A stretch of DNA of 64,000 bases from Camelus dromedarius (Eukaryota), in contig NC_087437.1 in NCBI RefSeq assembly GCF_036321535.1, positions 49,044,001-49,108,000 of the forward strand, read 5' to 3'. This document shows positions 27,062 to 42,312 of this stretch, piece after piece. The first letter of the stretch is position 1; each line of letters opens with the position of its first letter. Under the pieces are notes generated by a model that saw only the letters and a list, made by a program, of their open reading frames with translations, searched no databases and was not told the origin of the DNA. Position numbers and translations under genes: made by a program.

Positions 27062-28424
27062 TCTCAGTTCTCTTTTATGGAATGTGCTTTTGTGGAAATA
27101 TTTAAAACTTGGTAAGTTCATGGTCATCCTGATTTGAAGTATAGTTTTCTAAAACTTGGTGTACATGATTCCTCAAGAGCCCTTCTTGAGTTCAGATATT
27201 TGCAATGAATGATTTAATGGAGAATATAAACAAGTACGTTGGGAGTAAACACTGCCAAAGGCAATGCAGCATTTAACAGTGTATAGAGATGAAAGGGTCA
27301 ACCACATATACAGTCTCTCAGAGTGATATTTTTATAAGACTTTAACAGGTTAATTTCCATGAGCAGCTATTTTGTTTTCTCTCTACTGATGAGTATATAT
27401 TAAGACATAATGACTATGTCTGCTTGTTCCATGAAGATGACAGACCTTCATGTTGTGCTTACTTTTGTATGATGTGTTTTCATATATAGTTTATATGATT
27501 ATACTGTAAGAAATGAAATTATAAGCTATTTAAAAATTATTAGAATCATAGTAACATTTAAATAAATAGGGGATGAGATGAGTTGGGATTAAATACCAAG
27601 TGATTTTAGTTTGGGCTTTAAATTTATCTGTGGGGCCCTCTTTGCTTTCATTCATCTCCTCTATGCCTGTGCCTTTTGAATTTGAAGAGAAGTCATCACA
27701 GGACCATTCTGCCTCCATCTTGAACACTTGTAACCAAAGAATGGCACATATGAGAAAACTGGAAAGTTTTGCTTCTAAATCTAGGTGTGTGATTTGGTTT
27801 GCTGCAGAAATTGCAGTGGTTAGTTTGTGCTTGTTCACTTAAAATTAACCAGATCTTTTGCTATAAGACATGCTACTTTGACTTTTTAGAATATTTTTTT
27901 ACTTCCTGTGACTTACTGTAATGCTTGTAAAGTAATCATGAAGAGATGAAAATTATACTTCTCACTTTCCCCAAATATTTACTCAAGTATTTTAAATGGA
28001 TGCTTATTGAAAGAGCCTGAGACAAATTAGAAACACAAATACATTGAGATTCACTCCTAAGGAGAACAAAGTAATATCAAGTAGTTTCCAGACCACAGAT
28101 TTTCTGAGAAATTTATTTGTAAAATTCTAACTTATATTTGGGGGGAAAAGGCAGTAAAAAGGATTGTCCTCATCATTATCTCATTGGCCCACGATCACAG
28201 AGCTGCTCAGATCTGCCTGTCTTATCATCTCTGGAGGGCACCTGGTAGAAATAGGTTTCTTTTTCTTTAGCAAATAGGCACCCCTTAACCCCCCCTTTTT
28301 TGTTATCTAAGGGACTAAGGGGGAAGAATAGAGGTATAAATTCACTACAAGAACCGTAAGATTCTATCTACCCTGTAAATATTTGTTACTATCTGGGTTT
28401 GAGCTGAAACAATGCTCTAAAGGA

Positions 28425-29270
28425 AGGTTATAGAACCCCAGCATACACAGGGGGCTTTGGAAGCATTTAGGGGGAGTACCTAACCAGTGCCATGATATAG
28501 GGAAAACTTCTTAGAGGAAGTAACTTCTAAGTTGAGAAAGAAAGGATGAGTAGGAGCTGATGGTGAAGAGACTATTCCAGGTGGAGGAAAAAGCACGTGC
28601 AAAGACCCAAGAGCTGATAGAGAACCACTAATTAGAGAACTGAAATTAATTTAATTTAGCAACTAAAGTTCTAGGCCAGATTAAGAGACGTGTCATAAAT
28701 CATTAAAAAAGAGAATTTTGTCCTGAGGGCTCTACTGAAGAATCAGTGGTGGGTTTAATGTTGTGGAGGACATAATAAGATTTATACTTTTTGAAAGATG
28801 TGAGAATGGACTTGCGGGGAATGAAGTGAAAGAAAGCTAGGGGAGCTATTACAGTGCTTTTCCAGTAATCCAGGTGAGGTGATGGTGACCTGACAAGGAA
28901 ACTGGCTACAGGAGTGGAGAGCAGTGAATAGTTACAAGAAATACTTCAATGGTAGAATTGTTTGAATTTGATGATTAATGGGTCATGGGAAATGAAATGA
29001 GGGAGGATATAGGATGATTTCCAAATTTATGGATTGAGAAATTGGTTGGATAAACTATTATAGAATAAAAAGTAGAGGAACAAGTGTGTACATGGAAGAG
29101 TTAAAGATATTAATGAGTTCAGTTTTAAGCATATTTTAGGTATGTGTAGATATTGAATTATTCAGTCAGCAAATATTTATGGAATACCAATTACATGTCA
29201 GGCAGTGTGGGTAAAGGTCTTAGGAGCAGAGCACTGGATGTAATATTTTGAAGCTTATACTGTAGTTGGG
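28425..29270 (-). mobile_element. L2 fragments
   Basis: AGCACGTGCAAAGACCC; GTAATCCAGGTGAGGTGATGGTGACCTG; ATGAGTTCAGTTTTAAGCAT. Confidence 0.75.
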
Positions 29271-29479
29271 AAGATATATAATATATAAATTAATAAAAAT
29301 AAATGTTTACAATAAATACGAACCCTGCATGTAGTGGAGGGAAACATGTTTATGTATTGATTGGTTTCTATGTAAAAACAAGGTCAGAGACATCAAGTAG
29401 ACACCATAGTGCCTGGCAATACATTGTCAGTCCCTGGTCCACCTTCTCTTTCCTCAGATTTCCTATAGCCCCTCTTCTC

Positions 29480-29790
29480 TTCTCACTTTTAACACAATTT
29501 ATAAAAGAGAAACAACTTACCTTTCTACTACCACATCTACCATCCTAGTTGGATTTGTGTTCCTGTGCTCTGCCTTCCCATTTACGGACAGGGATAAGGC
29601 GTCCTTGTTCTACCCAAGGTCAGGTCCTCTGCTTGTACACAGAAGCCAACCTGCTCATGTCTACTCAAGGGCTTCATGTAATAATCCCATCTTAAAAGTA
29701 AAACTTCTTCTTTGACTTCATGTGTTTCTCTACACACTGCCTTATTTCTCTGCTCCCCTTTATAGCAAAACTCTCTAAGAGTTGTTGATT
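29480..29790 (+). mobile_element. L2, left part of the element split by the L1 and retrocopy insertions
   Basis: TTTCTCTGCTCCCCTTTATAGCAAAACTC..AAGAGTTGT is an L2 consensus segment. Confidence 0.75.
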
Positions 29791-30087
29791 TTTAACTTTC
29801 ATCCTTATTGAGGTATAATTGACACATAAATTTGTAAGATATTTAAAGTGTTCATTGTGGTGATTTGATACGCATATACATAATGAAAGGATTTCCCATC
29901 ATCTAATTAATTAACACATCCATCCCCTAGTATAGTTATCATTTTTGGAGGATAATGAGAACATTTAAGTTCTATTTTCTTAGGAAATTTAAATGATATA
30001 AATTTTAATGCTAAATTATAGCCAAGATTATACAAGAGGGAGAGTCTCTTCAATAAATAGTGTTGGGAAAACTGGACAGCCACATGC
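29791..30087 (-). mobile_element. Short 5'-inverted L1 insertion (3' end on minus strand plus an ORF2 fragment in the opposite orientation)
   Basis: 29791-30000 matches an L1 3' terminus on minus (TTATTGAGGTATAATTGACAC...). About 30020-30087 is L1 ORF2 on plus (AGTCTCTTCAATAAATAGTGTTGGGAAAACTGGACAGCCACATGC). Flanked by AGAGTTGTTGATT (29778-29790) and AGAGTTGTCTATT (30088-30100). Confidence 0.8.
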
Positions 30088-30100
30088 AGAGTTGTCTATT

Positions 30101-31640
<1,540 letters not shown>

Positions 31641-32550
31641 TTGTCTATTATTGATGCTCCTTTTCCCTACCTCCCATTCTTTTTGTAACCCATGCCAAGC
31701 AGAATTTTCTCCCACTACTCCTTTCTGAAGGTCACCAACACCTATCTTGCCAAATGAATGGTCACTTTTGACTTTATTTTACTTTCTCAGTCATCTTTGA
31801 TATTTCTCTCCTCCTTGAAATGCTATCTTTACTTACATTCCTAGACACTACACTTTCCTAAATTTCCATCTGTTGTCCTCAGTCTCCCTTGCCAACTCTT
31901 TGTTTGCTTTCTTTTATGTAATTCTAAATATAAATTGACCCTTGATGATCTCACCTAGTCGTATGGCTTTATATACTGCATATATCCTGAGGATTTCTAA
32001 ATTTATAGATCCAACTTTTTTGAACTACAGTCATATATTCAATTGCTTATTTGGCACCTCGATTTAGCAGTTAGAATTCTTGATTCTATGTGATCCTGTC
32101 TTTGCTTCTCCACCTCCACCAACAAACTTGTTATCTATCCCCTCTTTATTCTCATTAAATGGCCCCTCTATTCAGCCAGATGTAGGGTTAAAAAACCTAG
32201 GCTGCATGCATTACCATTCTCTCTGATTTGTACTCCCCATGTTCAGTGGGTTCTGTTGACTCAATCTTTAGAATATATGCTGAATTTAATTAATTTTTAC
32301 TAAATTTACTACTCATCACAAGCCTCCACTGTGGATTAATTCTTTGTAGCCCATTATTTTCCCTATGTTCCATTTTCCGGACCCCCTCATAATTCTGTAT
32401 CCGCATGACAGTTAGGGTAACCTAATAGCTTCCCATCATATTTTAAACAAAATCCAAACTACTTCCCATGACCTATAAGGCCGTTCGTGACCAACACAAC
32501 CTACCTCTTCATTTTGAGCCATTCTCCCTTTGCCCTTTATAATCCAGTGA
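31641..32550 (+). mobile_element. L2, right part continuing after the pseudogene
   Basis: TTGTCTAT..CCTCCCATTCT..AAGGTCACCAAC..TTGCCAAAT continues the L2 consensus from 29790. Confidence 0.75.
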
Positions 32551-32919
32551 AGAGAAGTGAAATGATTTATAATATATTTTAGAAGCTGAATTAACAATAT
32601 TTGTTGATGGATTAGATGTAAGTGATGAGGAAAAACAGTGGATGAAGGACAACTTACAAGTTTTGGTTTGAGCAACCAGGTGGATGGCAGTTTGCCAAAG
32701 TCTGATCATCAAATGAATGGAGTGATACTGTGAAAGAGAAACTTCTGAAAGAAAAGGAAAAAAACCAGACCTCTATTTTTGGTTTGCATTTTTCATGGAA
32801 AATAAGCATATTCAGGACCAAAATACAGTAGCTTTGATTACTTGTGAATGAGATCTCTAGGTAGCTGATTAATTGAAAAAGTCTATTGAAGAACAGATTT
32901 ATTAAAAATTATACTTGCA

Positions 32920-33997
32920 CGTGAAAAGACAACCTACAGAATGGGAGAAAATATTTGAAAATGATGCAACTGACAAGAATATACAAACAGCTCATACAAC
33001 TCAACAAATAAAAGCAAACAACCCAATTCAAAAATAGGCAGAAGACCTAAACAAGCAATTCTCCAGTGAAGACACAAATGGCCAATAGGCACATGAAAAA
33101 ATGCTCAATATCGCTAATTATCAGAGAAATGCAAATCAAAACTACAATGAGGTATCACTTCACACCAGTCAGATTGGCCATCATTAAAAAGTCCACAAAC
33201 AATAAATGCTAGAGTAGATATGGAGGAAAGGGAACCTTCCTACACTGTTGGTGGGAATGTAGTTTTGGTGCAGCCACTATGGAAAACAGTATGGAGATTC
33301 CTTAAAAAACTAAAAATAGACTTACCATATGATCCAGCAATCCCACTCCTGGGCATATATCCAGAGGAAACTCTAATTTGGAAAGATATATGTATCTAAT
33401 GTTCATAGCAGCACTATTTACAATAGCCAAGACATGGAAACAGCCTAAATGTCCATCGACAGATGACTAGAAAAAGAAGATGTGGTATGTATATGTGTGT
33501 GTGTATACATATATATTTATATGTATATATATAATGGAATACTACTCAGCCATAAAAAGAACAAAACAATGCCATTTGCAGCAACATGGATGGACCTACA
33601 GATCATCATACCAAGTAAAGTAAGCCAGAAAGAGAAAGAAAAATACTGTATGATATCATTTGTATGTGGAATCTAAAAAAACAAAAACGACAGAAATGAA
33701 CTTATTTACAAAACAGAGACAGACTCACAGATGTAGAAAACAAACTTATGATTATCAAAGGGGAAGGGGAGTGGGGAGGGATTAAGCTGGGAGTTTGGGA
33801 TTTGTAGATACTAACTACTATATGTAAAACAGATAAACAACAAAGTCCTACTGTATAGGACAAGGAAATATATTCAATACTTTGTAATAGCCTATAATGA
33901 AAAAGACTATAAAAAGGAACATATATGTGTGTATAAATGAATCGTATGCTGTACAATAGGAATTAGCACAACATTGTAAATCAACTAAACTTCAATA
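32920..33997 (+). mobile_element. 5'-truncated L1 (ORF2 C-terminus and 3'UTR)
   Basis: Typical L1 3' sequence (CAAATCAAAACTACAATGAGGTATCAC; GATCCAGCAATCCCACTCCTGGG). Perfect 16-bp TSD AAAAATTATACTTGCA at 32904-32919 and 33998-34013. Confidence 0.96.
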
Positions 33998-35169
33998 AAA
34001 AATTATACTTGCAGGACAAAATTATTTTAGCTAAAAACGTGTACAAGTATATTCGTCAATTTTTTAATGTAGGTTCAAGGTATTTTATTTGGGTATGGAT
34101 CCATTGATTTAAGTTCTCTTTTATTTCTCTTACATGAACCACATCCATAATATATTGTGTAATATTTTTAGTTTTGATTTATGTAAACTGGAGCTAAAAC
34201 TTAAATTCATATCTGAAGAAATCTCAAGGCAAAAAACTTCCAGACTTTTATAATTTTTTCATCTTTCACAGTTGTGTCCCCCACATGCAATACAACAGGA
34301 ATTACTTTTGAGTTACTTGTTCTCATTACAAAGAATTCAATGTATTTTTCAGACCGCATCTTTTTGTTTTCTCACTCATCAGATATACATTAATACCAAT
34401 TAAAGTTACAGACTCACAATAGCAAGTACAACTGGAATGAAAAGGTTTGGAAACAAGTTCACCCAATTCTTGGTAAGCTTACAGTGCAAGTGGAAGGTGC
34501 AATTGCATCTGGATTTTTCAGGGAGTGATCTATTCGCTGTGACAGTTAAGTATGCCTTAGGTATCAGCTACGGTGTATTTTACAGTGGAACTGAAGATCA
34601 TTGGTTAAGCTAGTAAAATGAATAGGGGAGGTTATTTGAGAGAATTTCTACTGTATATAGACACTAGATTTCACATGCATAACAACGTATTATATGTACA
34701 CACAGTGTAAATTTTGAAAGCTCTAGCTTTCAGAAAAAAATTCTCACAACAGTTTCCCAGCTTGTCACAGAGTAGTATGTGATAAGGATGTGCAAGTTTG
34801 GCAATCAGGATAGCAGTCATGAATCTGAGTAGAATTTTGCAAACTGCAGAATGGTTTCTTTAGAGAGAAAATAGAAATAAAGGAACCAAAATGGCTTTTG
34901 TTGAACTTCAAAGTCAAGCCCCAAAATGTGCACTTGGATGTAATGACTATGTTTGGCAAGAAGGAGGATTTTCTGGGATTGAGGGCATCAGATGGTAAAG
35001 ACAGCCCTGTCAAACTTGAGAGCAGGGCTGTGTTCCTGTTTGGGAGGGTCCTGGTGTATATATCAACAGAACATCCTTAAATGTCAGTGTTCACGAACAC
35101 AAATGAAGTAGATAATGATTGTTAGTCAGTGAATTGTGTTAGATAAATTAAAGCCTTAACTATTGTCTT

Positions 35170-36070
35170 TCATGTCAACAAACATTTATTGATTGCACAC
35201 TATGAGCATGGCCCTGTGCTTTCTGCTAGGGATGCACAAATGAAAAACACAGTCCACCACAGTTTGTACTTTGGTAGCAAGCAGGCATTTCACAACTAAT
35301 TATGATATATATCAAACTAGAAAGTGCTAGGATAGCCATATAAAATTTCATTAATTTCATTTTCAAGGAATTTTGGAAGAAAGTCCACTGGTTCCATGCT
35401 ATATGATGTGGGCAACTTACCTAACCACCCTCAATTTGCTGTAGATTTCCCACCTTTCAAATGCGCTAGCCATACTCTGGGAAGCAGTACACGTTATTCA
35501 GAATATTTTCACTAGGTAGCTCCATTTAAGAGATGCCAATGAATTCTTCATTATTTCTAGCTAGAAGAATTTTTCTTTGAGGTTGGACTTCTGTGTCATC
35601 CACTCAGTGTTTGTTGTCATTGGAGATTCCAGTAGTCTGTCCTTTAAGCACCTTCCACTGAGTGGGCATGAATATTGGTTAAATTGGATGCTTTAGTATT
35701 CCCTGGAAGTTAAAGAATAGTCTTACTTTATTTAGTAGCCACTTCTTGCTTTTTAACCCCGTTAGTTCAAATTCTCCCCATGTCTAAGATATCAGCACAC
35801 GTCCAAAACAGTGGCCTTGTTCCAGTTAAGTCAAGGCCCACTGCCAGACACTATCATAGGACCATGTCCCTTTTCTTCAGAGCTTTGATCTCAGTTATAA
35901 TTTTACATTATTGGTGTGATCTTTTAAGTTACTATTTATATATGCCTCTCCATTTAGTCAATTAATCCAGTTGACTCCAAACTTAACAGAGCAGAAATCA
36001 CATGTATTTTACTCTTTATCATTGCCTCATATTTTACCCTTGTGCTTGGCACTGAATAGAAGAATGAACT
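35170..36070. mobile_element. L2 3'-end fragments in both orientations
   Basis: AAACATTTATTGATTGCACACTATG at 35180 (minus); GTGCTTGGCACTGAATAG at 36042 (plus). Confidence 0.55.
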
Positions 36071-36564
36071 CTTACCTAAAGTCTTTGTATTTCCTTCCTG
36101 TGTTAACTCTTGCGGGAGGTAGGGGGTGAGGGGAAATGATGCTGGTGAAGTTGAATTCTGTAAATTTGCTACTCACTTCTTCCTTTTAGTGTCCTAAACT
36201 TAGTTTACTGAAGTTTCAAAGGATGTTCCACCATTCTATTGGGGAACAAGCCTGTGACCACATTACCCAGATCATTGTTAATTGTATAAATTTTAATCAA
36301 GTTCCCCATTAAACTGTTGCCTTTCCAGGCTGAAGAGGTCTGTGTTTCAATATGCCTCAAATAGCAACAGCCTAACATATTAGTTGCTATTTCCTCTGTT
36401 GCTTGTGCCTTCTCTGGCTTCATTATTAACCTTTTTGATATTGATGACCATAATTCACATGGCATTCCAAAAGTATAGGCAATTAATTTTATAGAATGTT
36501 AATTTCAGGTGGGTTTCTAACAGCTCTTGTAGTCGTCATATTCTTCCTCTTCCTCTTCCATCCT

Positions 36565-36738
36565 CATGCCTTTTTATGTAACTGGAGGTTTGTACCTCTT
36601 AATCTCCTTCACCTATTTAGCAACCTTAACTTTTTGGCAACCACTCATTTGTTCTCTACATCTGTGAATCTGTGTTTTTGTTTTTTGTTTGTTTGTTTGT
36701 TTGTTTGCTTTGTTTTTTTTTAGATTCCACATGTAAGT
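36565..36738 (-). mobile_element. L1 3'UTR fragment with (TTTG)n
   Basis: GTAACTGGAGGTTTGTACCTCTTAATC...TTAGATTCCACATGTAAGTG, paralleling 45920-46075. Confidence 0.8.
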
Positions 36739-38480
36739 GTTTAGTATTCTTATTGATGCATTTATATTTTCTTCACTTTTCAACCCCAACAGATGATTTA
36801 GTCAGTATCCTCAGAGAATTAATAGTGATGTCTAGGCATGTACTTTCTCTGCCTACAGCTGATAGTTCAGAGTTGTTCATTTTATACCTATGTCATTTAT
36901 CATAAAATATGTTACCTTATACTTACTAAGTTGAAGTCTATTACTTTTCTAGCCACTTGTACAAATTGGTAAGATTTTCATACCTATATATTACCTTTTT
37001 TCATAGCTACAAGTGTGGAGTTTTCACACTGAATAAATTTAGGCTTTGTGAACATTTATAAATGTGTTAAATATGATTGACATCAATGTTTATTCCCAAG
37101 GAACTTCACTCTGGAGGAAACCTTACATTTATCCCTATTCTGTGTAAAAGTCTTTCCCAGTCTAAATCTACCCATGATAAAACTGCTCTATGGGACTACA
37201 CTGTCCATGGGGATATGTCTTCCTGCTGTTCAAAGGCAGGCCAATATGTGGGCCAGTATCTTTCTGCCAGGCCCCTGCTGCCTGACCTGTGTATCAGATG
37301 GGGCCAGAGACTAAAAGTGGACTAAAAGTACTAAGCCCTCCAGTACCCAGCTGGCTTAAGAGACTGAAGTAGTCCTTCCCTGCAGGCAGTTCCTGGGAGG
37401 AGGGAAGGCTGGAGCTGCATCACTTTGGCAGGGGGTGAGACAGTCCTTCTGCTGCTGCTTTGAGTAAATAACTTTTAAGAACCAGCAAAAAAAAGAAGAA
37501 AAAAAAAGTATGGCTGTAGTATCCATTCTGATTGGGAGGCTTCTCTTCTGATTGCTTAAAGCCCAAGCATTTCCTGTTGTTAATATTTTGAATAACTGAA
37601 TTGATCACAAAATTATTAAACAACATCAGTATCACAAATTAGCTCTTGGTTTTAACTCATTATTTGAAACTACCGAGTTTCACTTCTCTTTACTGACTAG
37701 AGGACTAAGATAGCCATGAAATATGCTGAAGCAAAATCACCAGTGAAAAATAGAGGACTTGGATTATCTGCAAACTACAATCAAGAATTAATGGTGCTTT
37801 TATAGGCCTGGCTCTAGGGTCATGGCATCTGAGTCTTCTGGAAACTGAAAATTCTTGGGAATTTTTAGGTGATGGGAGGATGTTTCTTGTCTCAGGTAAA
37901 AGGAGTGGATCCATTAACTAAATGTCATTCCCCTTATTTCCTTGTAAAATAACAGACCCATGACATATTTCCATCAGCATGGTCAAAATACACCAAAGCT
38001 GTCTGAAAAATCTTATAGTTTTTCAAAGGGGCTGGGCTATAGCTGCAGAGTCCGTGTAGAGGCAGGATGGTTCTCTGTTTTTCAGAATTTAAGTGGAGTC
38101 ATGTAGACACAGTGGTAAGAAGGGAACATATCCCTAGACTATCACGGAAATCATGGTTTATAGGAAGATCCAATTATTTATTTTTGAATTTCATAAACTA
38201 TTAGTAAAAAGGAATCCAGTTTGAATTGACTTCAATAGGTTGGGATTTAGCAATTTTTTTTCAGTAGTTTTGCTTAATTGTGTAAAAACTTTTTAAAGCG
38301 AGTTGCTAGTTTCTCACAGATTAGGCACTATTTGCAGAAAGAATCTGAAAATAAAGATTTTACTAGTTATACAAATGTTGTATTATTTTCTGGGGAGTTA
38401 GGGTTTTCTCTGTCATTGGCCCCCTAAGAATGTTCAAGATCAGACTTGATCAGTTGGTGGGGATGTTGTTAATGAATCCT

Positions 38481-38632
38481 TGCTCTTCAAAGTGTAGTCC
38501 ACGGACTAGCAGCATTGGCATCACCTGGGAGCTTGTTAGAACAGGCTTCCTAAAGCCCCAGACCTACTCAATTAGAATCCAGTTTGACAAGATGCCCAGG
38601 TGATCTATAGATACCTTAAAGTTTGAGAAGCT
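38481..38632. mobile_element. MER5A (hAT-Charlie MITE)
   Basis: CAAAGTGTAGTCCACGGACTAGCAGCATTGGCATCACCTGGGAGCTTGTTAGAA...AAAGTTTGAGAAGC. Confidence 0.85.
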
Positions 38633-39494
38633 TGTTGTGGAGGGTGTTTGACGAGGATGAAGCTGGGGAAGCACCGTGGTAGGCTCAAGTCTGGAGCCCT
38701 AAGGTTTTATATTATACTAAGAAAGAACCACCTTTAAATGGATGTTATTTGGATCTTTCAATGAATGACTAGACGGAAGACAGTAGACGGTAAGTTCTAG
38801 TGAAGGAGACTTTGTGGTGGCAATTTAATTTTTTCACTTTTGCTGTTCTACAGTGTGTATACGGTACTCTAGTTGTTCTCGACATTACCAATTTTGATTC
38901 CGGTCTTTAAAAAAACAACTGGATATGAAAGCCCCATGAGAAAAATCTTGAACTGGACTTGGCATTTTTAAGATTTGTCATTAGTCATTAACATTTACAT
39001 GTTCATATTTTTCTAACTTGTAATTTAAAGCTGGCGGTAATGTTTAATATAATTTCAAAAAATGAATTATGTCTCAGATTAGATTTCTTGGCTCTAGTGA
39101 CATAAAAATATAACCACATTTGTCCAAAATTAGTCCACAGGTCTTTCTTTCTACAGTGAGAGTAATTATTCAAATACTTATTTTACTTAGCTATAAGCAG
39201 TTTGTGTTTCTTTTTTCTTTTTCTTTTTGGTTTCCTTTTGCCTTTGGATCTGAAAGCAGCTTCAAAATAGGGTAATATTTAAATAATTGCATTTTGTAGA
39301 ATTAAATTCCTTCATAAACTCATTTTATAGTTCCTCATAAAGCAGGCAAATATGGACTAGTGCACACATAAGCACAATCTTTATAAGATTACTTTGAAAA
39401 GTAACAAATGAATTAAAAATGTCCTTTCCTCTTACAACTGTTTCTGAAGCCCTTTTCCCTTTAATTTCTTCAAACCTGTTAAATTAAATCATCT

Positions 39495-39691
39495 GAGGGT
39501 GATTTGACAACATTTGTAGGCATTTGGAGTTGTCACAGCTTGGCGGGGGATTGGAGGTGGGGAGATGCCACCGGCATCTAGTAGGTAGAGGACAAGGATT
39601 TTGCCTGAACGTCCTACAATGTTCAGGACATTCCTCCAGTAAAGAGTTAGCCAGCTCAAGATGTCAGTAGTGCCGAGGTTGAGAAGACCTG
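39495..39691. mobile_element. MER20 (hAT-Charlie MITE)
   Basis: GGCATCTAGTAGGTAGAGG...ATGTCAGTAGTGCCGAGGTTGAGAAGACCTG. Confidence 0.85.
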
Positions 39692-42114
39692 AATTAAAAT
39701 GAATTGGTTAATGTTTAAACGTGCAGTTAACTCCTGTGCATGGGGATATGCTGTTTAGAGACAAAACGGTTTATTGACTGCAAACATTAAAAAGTTTAAA
39801 TATGGTATTATTATCCTTACAAAAGCAATTAAAATGTCACAATTCAGACTCTAAGGCAACACGAGTCCAATGGAGTTCATATAATGTTATAAATCTCAGA
39901 AGTAAGTTTGGGGGATCTTCCCTCCCTTTCCCCTTTCACTTCAGCAGTTGAATAGGTTTCCTGTTAAGGGAAGCTAAGCAAAATACTGTCATGAAAATAT
40001 TGGATATTTCAATTAATAAATTCCAAATAAAAGTGGAATTAAGCTAAAAATTATAAAGAGTCCTTGAATGGCTTGTTGATTAGAAACTAATGTAACTCCT
40101 TGTCTAGGATAAAATACCAAACAGGCAGCAGCTGCTGGTAATTTGGTGCAAGTAATTGTAGAGCCAATAAGTTGAAGAAGTGCTTATTAAAAGAAACTGC
40201 TTTCCTATCTGCTTGTAAGTTCAATTGAGTAATGCACTCTACATGTGGTCTGACACTGGGTAAATTATACACCTGATTTAAAAACACTCCATCCATAAGA
40301 GCTCCTATTTTGCTCATCCATAAAATTTTTACTTTCTTCATTACTACTTGCAGCACTGTATGGCATAATATCTATCAAATTAGGCTTTGAGGACATCTCA
40401 GGCTGGCACCCTGCTGACTTGAAACATGTGCTTAATATTACTGCAGTGCTTTTAACCCCGTGAGTGCCCTGGGTTAGCCCACATAGGCACACAGAATTTG
40501 TTCTTTCCTCTTTTTGCCAGCACATCCTCCACCTGCTGAGAATGAGAAACATCAAAGATAAAGGGGTGGGGGTGGGATTGGGGTTTAGTCACTGGGTAGG
40601 AGAAATAAGCAGTTGAAGTTTATATAAATAAGACAGACAAAATGAAAACTGTGTGGTCTACTATTTAACGATTTTCAAATATATAAGCCAAATGTAAACA
40701 TTTGCAGTCAAGGCATTCTGTGTATTTGACTTAATAAACTTTGAAAAGCAAAAAAAACAAAAAAACAAAAAACAAAACACACAGTAGGACTTTCTGGATA
40801 ACCCACGTGGAAGCCAGCTTTGGAATGTGCTTTATTTATACTTATACATGTCTGAATGACTTTAATTTTATTAAACATTTATTGCCTTCTGTCTACTAAG
40901 TGCGAGACACTTTGCTTAACGGTAAAGATATAGTAATGAACACATGTGGCCAATGCCATCTTGCTGCTCAAATCTTGCAAAGGGGACAAGATTTCAACAA
41001 ATAACTATAATGTAATGGTAAATATAAATGATCTCAAGACTGTTGTTCAAGATTGACTCATTTATTCAGGGGAGATGATGTCTTTACTAATTATTCTCCT
41101 TGCTGGGTCTCGTTGGCAGCTACTGCCCTATTGTAGAGCTCAATACACCTGTGAATACCAGTGTGATGCCATTAAACATTTGAATCATGTAATTATTTCC
41201 CTTATTCTTTGTCCATGCTGACCTAGTAGTCTTCTGATTATAATTTAGCTTCCCACCTGTAATGTCCTTGGGGAAAAATGCATTTACTAGAGAACTCCAG
41301 TGGTTATTCTTTTTTGTAATAATACTGCTTGTTCTAAATGAACAAACTGGGATATTGATCATAATTTAGCTTCCTATGTAATACTCTGGATTGATGTCCA
41401 TTTGACTACTTTTCATTAGAAATGAGTACTTTGTTATTGGTCTTGTGAGATTGGTTAATGTGACTTTATCCCCAAAGAGACTGGACCCACTTTCCAGATG
41501 CTGACAACTTAGGTTCTGTGGCCAGCCAGATTCCAGAAACTAGTGTAAAGAATAGAAGCCATTGGAGGATGTGAGAATGTTTAAAAAAATAATGTGTGGA
41601 AGGAGGGAGAGAGAAAGAGAGTAAGAGTCATACCAAGGCTGGATCTTGAGGCGTGTCAGCCAGCAAAGAAGCAGAGTAATACATGCAAAAGAAAGATGAA
41701 GGACGAGGCTAAGAGGAACCAAGAGAAAGAAGGGTCAAGGAAGGAACTGGGAGACAGAGATGGATGAGCCTGAGAAACAGGCCATTGAGTAAGGCAGTTT
41801 AGTTCAATCCTTCAAGGAGATTCAGTGTTAAATAGAGAAGTGGGATGGGGGACCAGATTGCATGAAGCTATGGAACAAATAGTTGGTAGCAGAGTGGAAA
41901 CGCAGAGTGTGGACTTTCCTTCAAGAAATCTAACAAGAGAATGACAGCTTGAATGGCTGTCTTTTGAAAGAAAAAAACCTCACTGTTTGTGGACATAATG
42001 CAAAGCACTGGTGGAGAGGAAGGGGATAAATGATGTAGTAAATTTCCTGGTAAGGCATTCATTCATGTCTTCATTTTTCACTAAAGTGTTCCTTTCTTCA
42101 TTCAAGTAGCTTGA

Positions 42115-42312
42115 GCTAGAGTAGTGGTTAGGCACATGGTGCTGGAGCCTAATGGCCTGGGTTTGGATACCAGGATTACAGTTTCAGGCAAATTAACCTC
42201 TCTGTGCCTCTCTGCACCTGCCTCAGAGGGTTGTTGTAAGGATTAAATGAGTTAATATTTTTAAAGCATCTGGAACTGTACCTGGTACATGGTAAGCATT
42301 TAAACATGTTTG
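42115..42312 (+). mobile_element. MIR
   Basis: GTAGTGGTTAGGCACATGG..GGGTTGTTGTAAGGATTAAATGAGTTAATA..CCTGGTACATGGTAAGCA. Confidence 0.85.

Noticed and set aside
38790..38853. GTAAGT...TTCTACAG pair suggesting a 64-nt intron
   Set aside because: At or below the usual minimum mammalian intron size, and the flanking frames hit stops quickly with no recognisable peptide.
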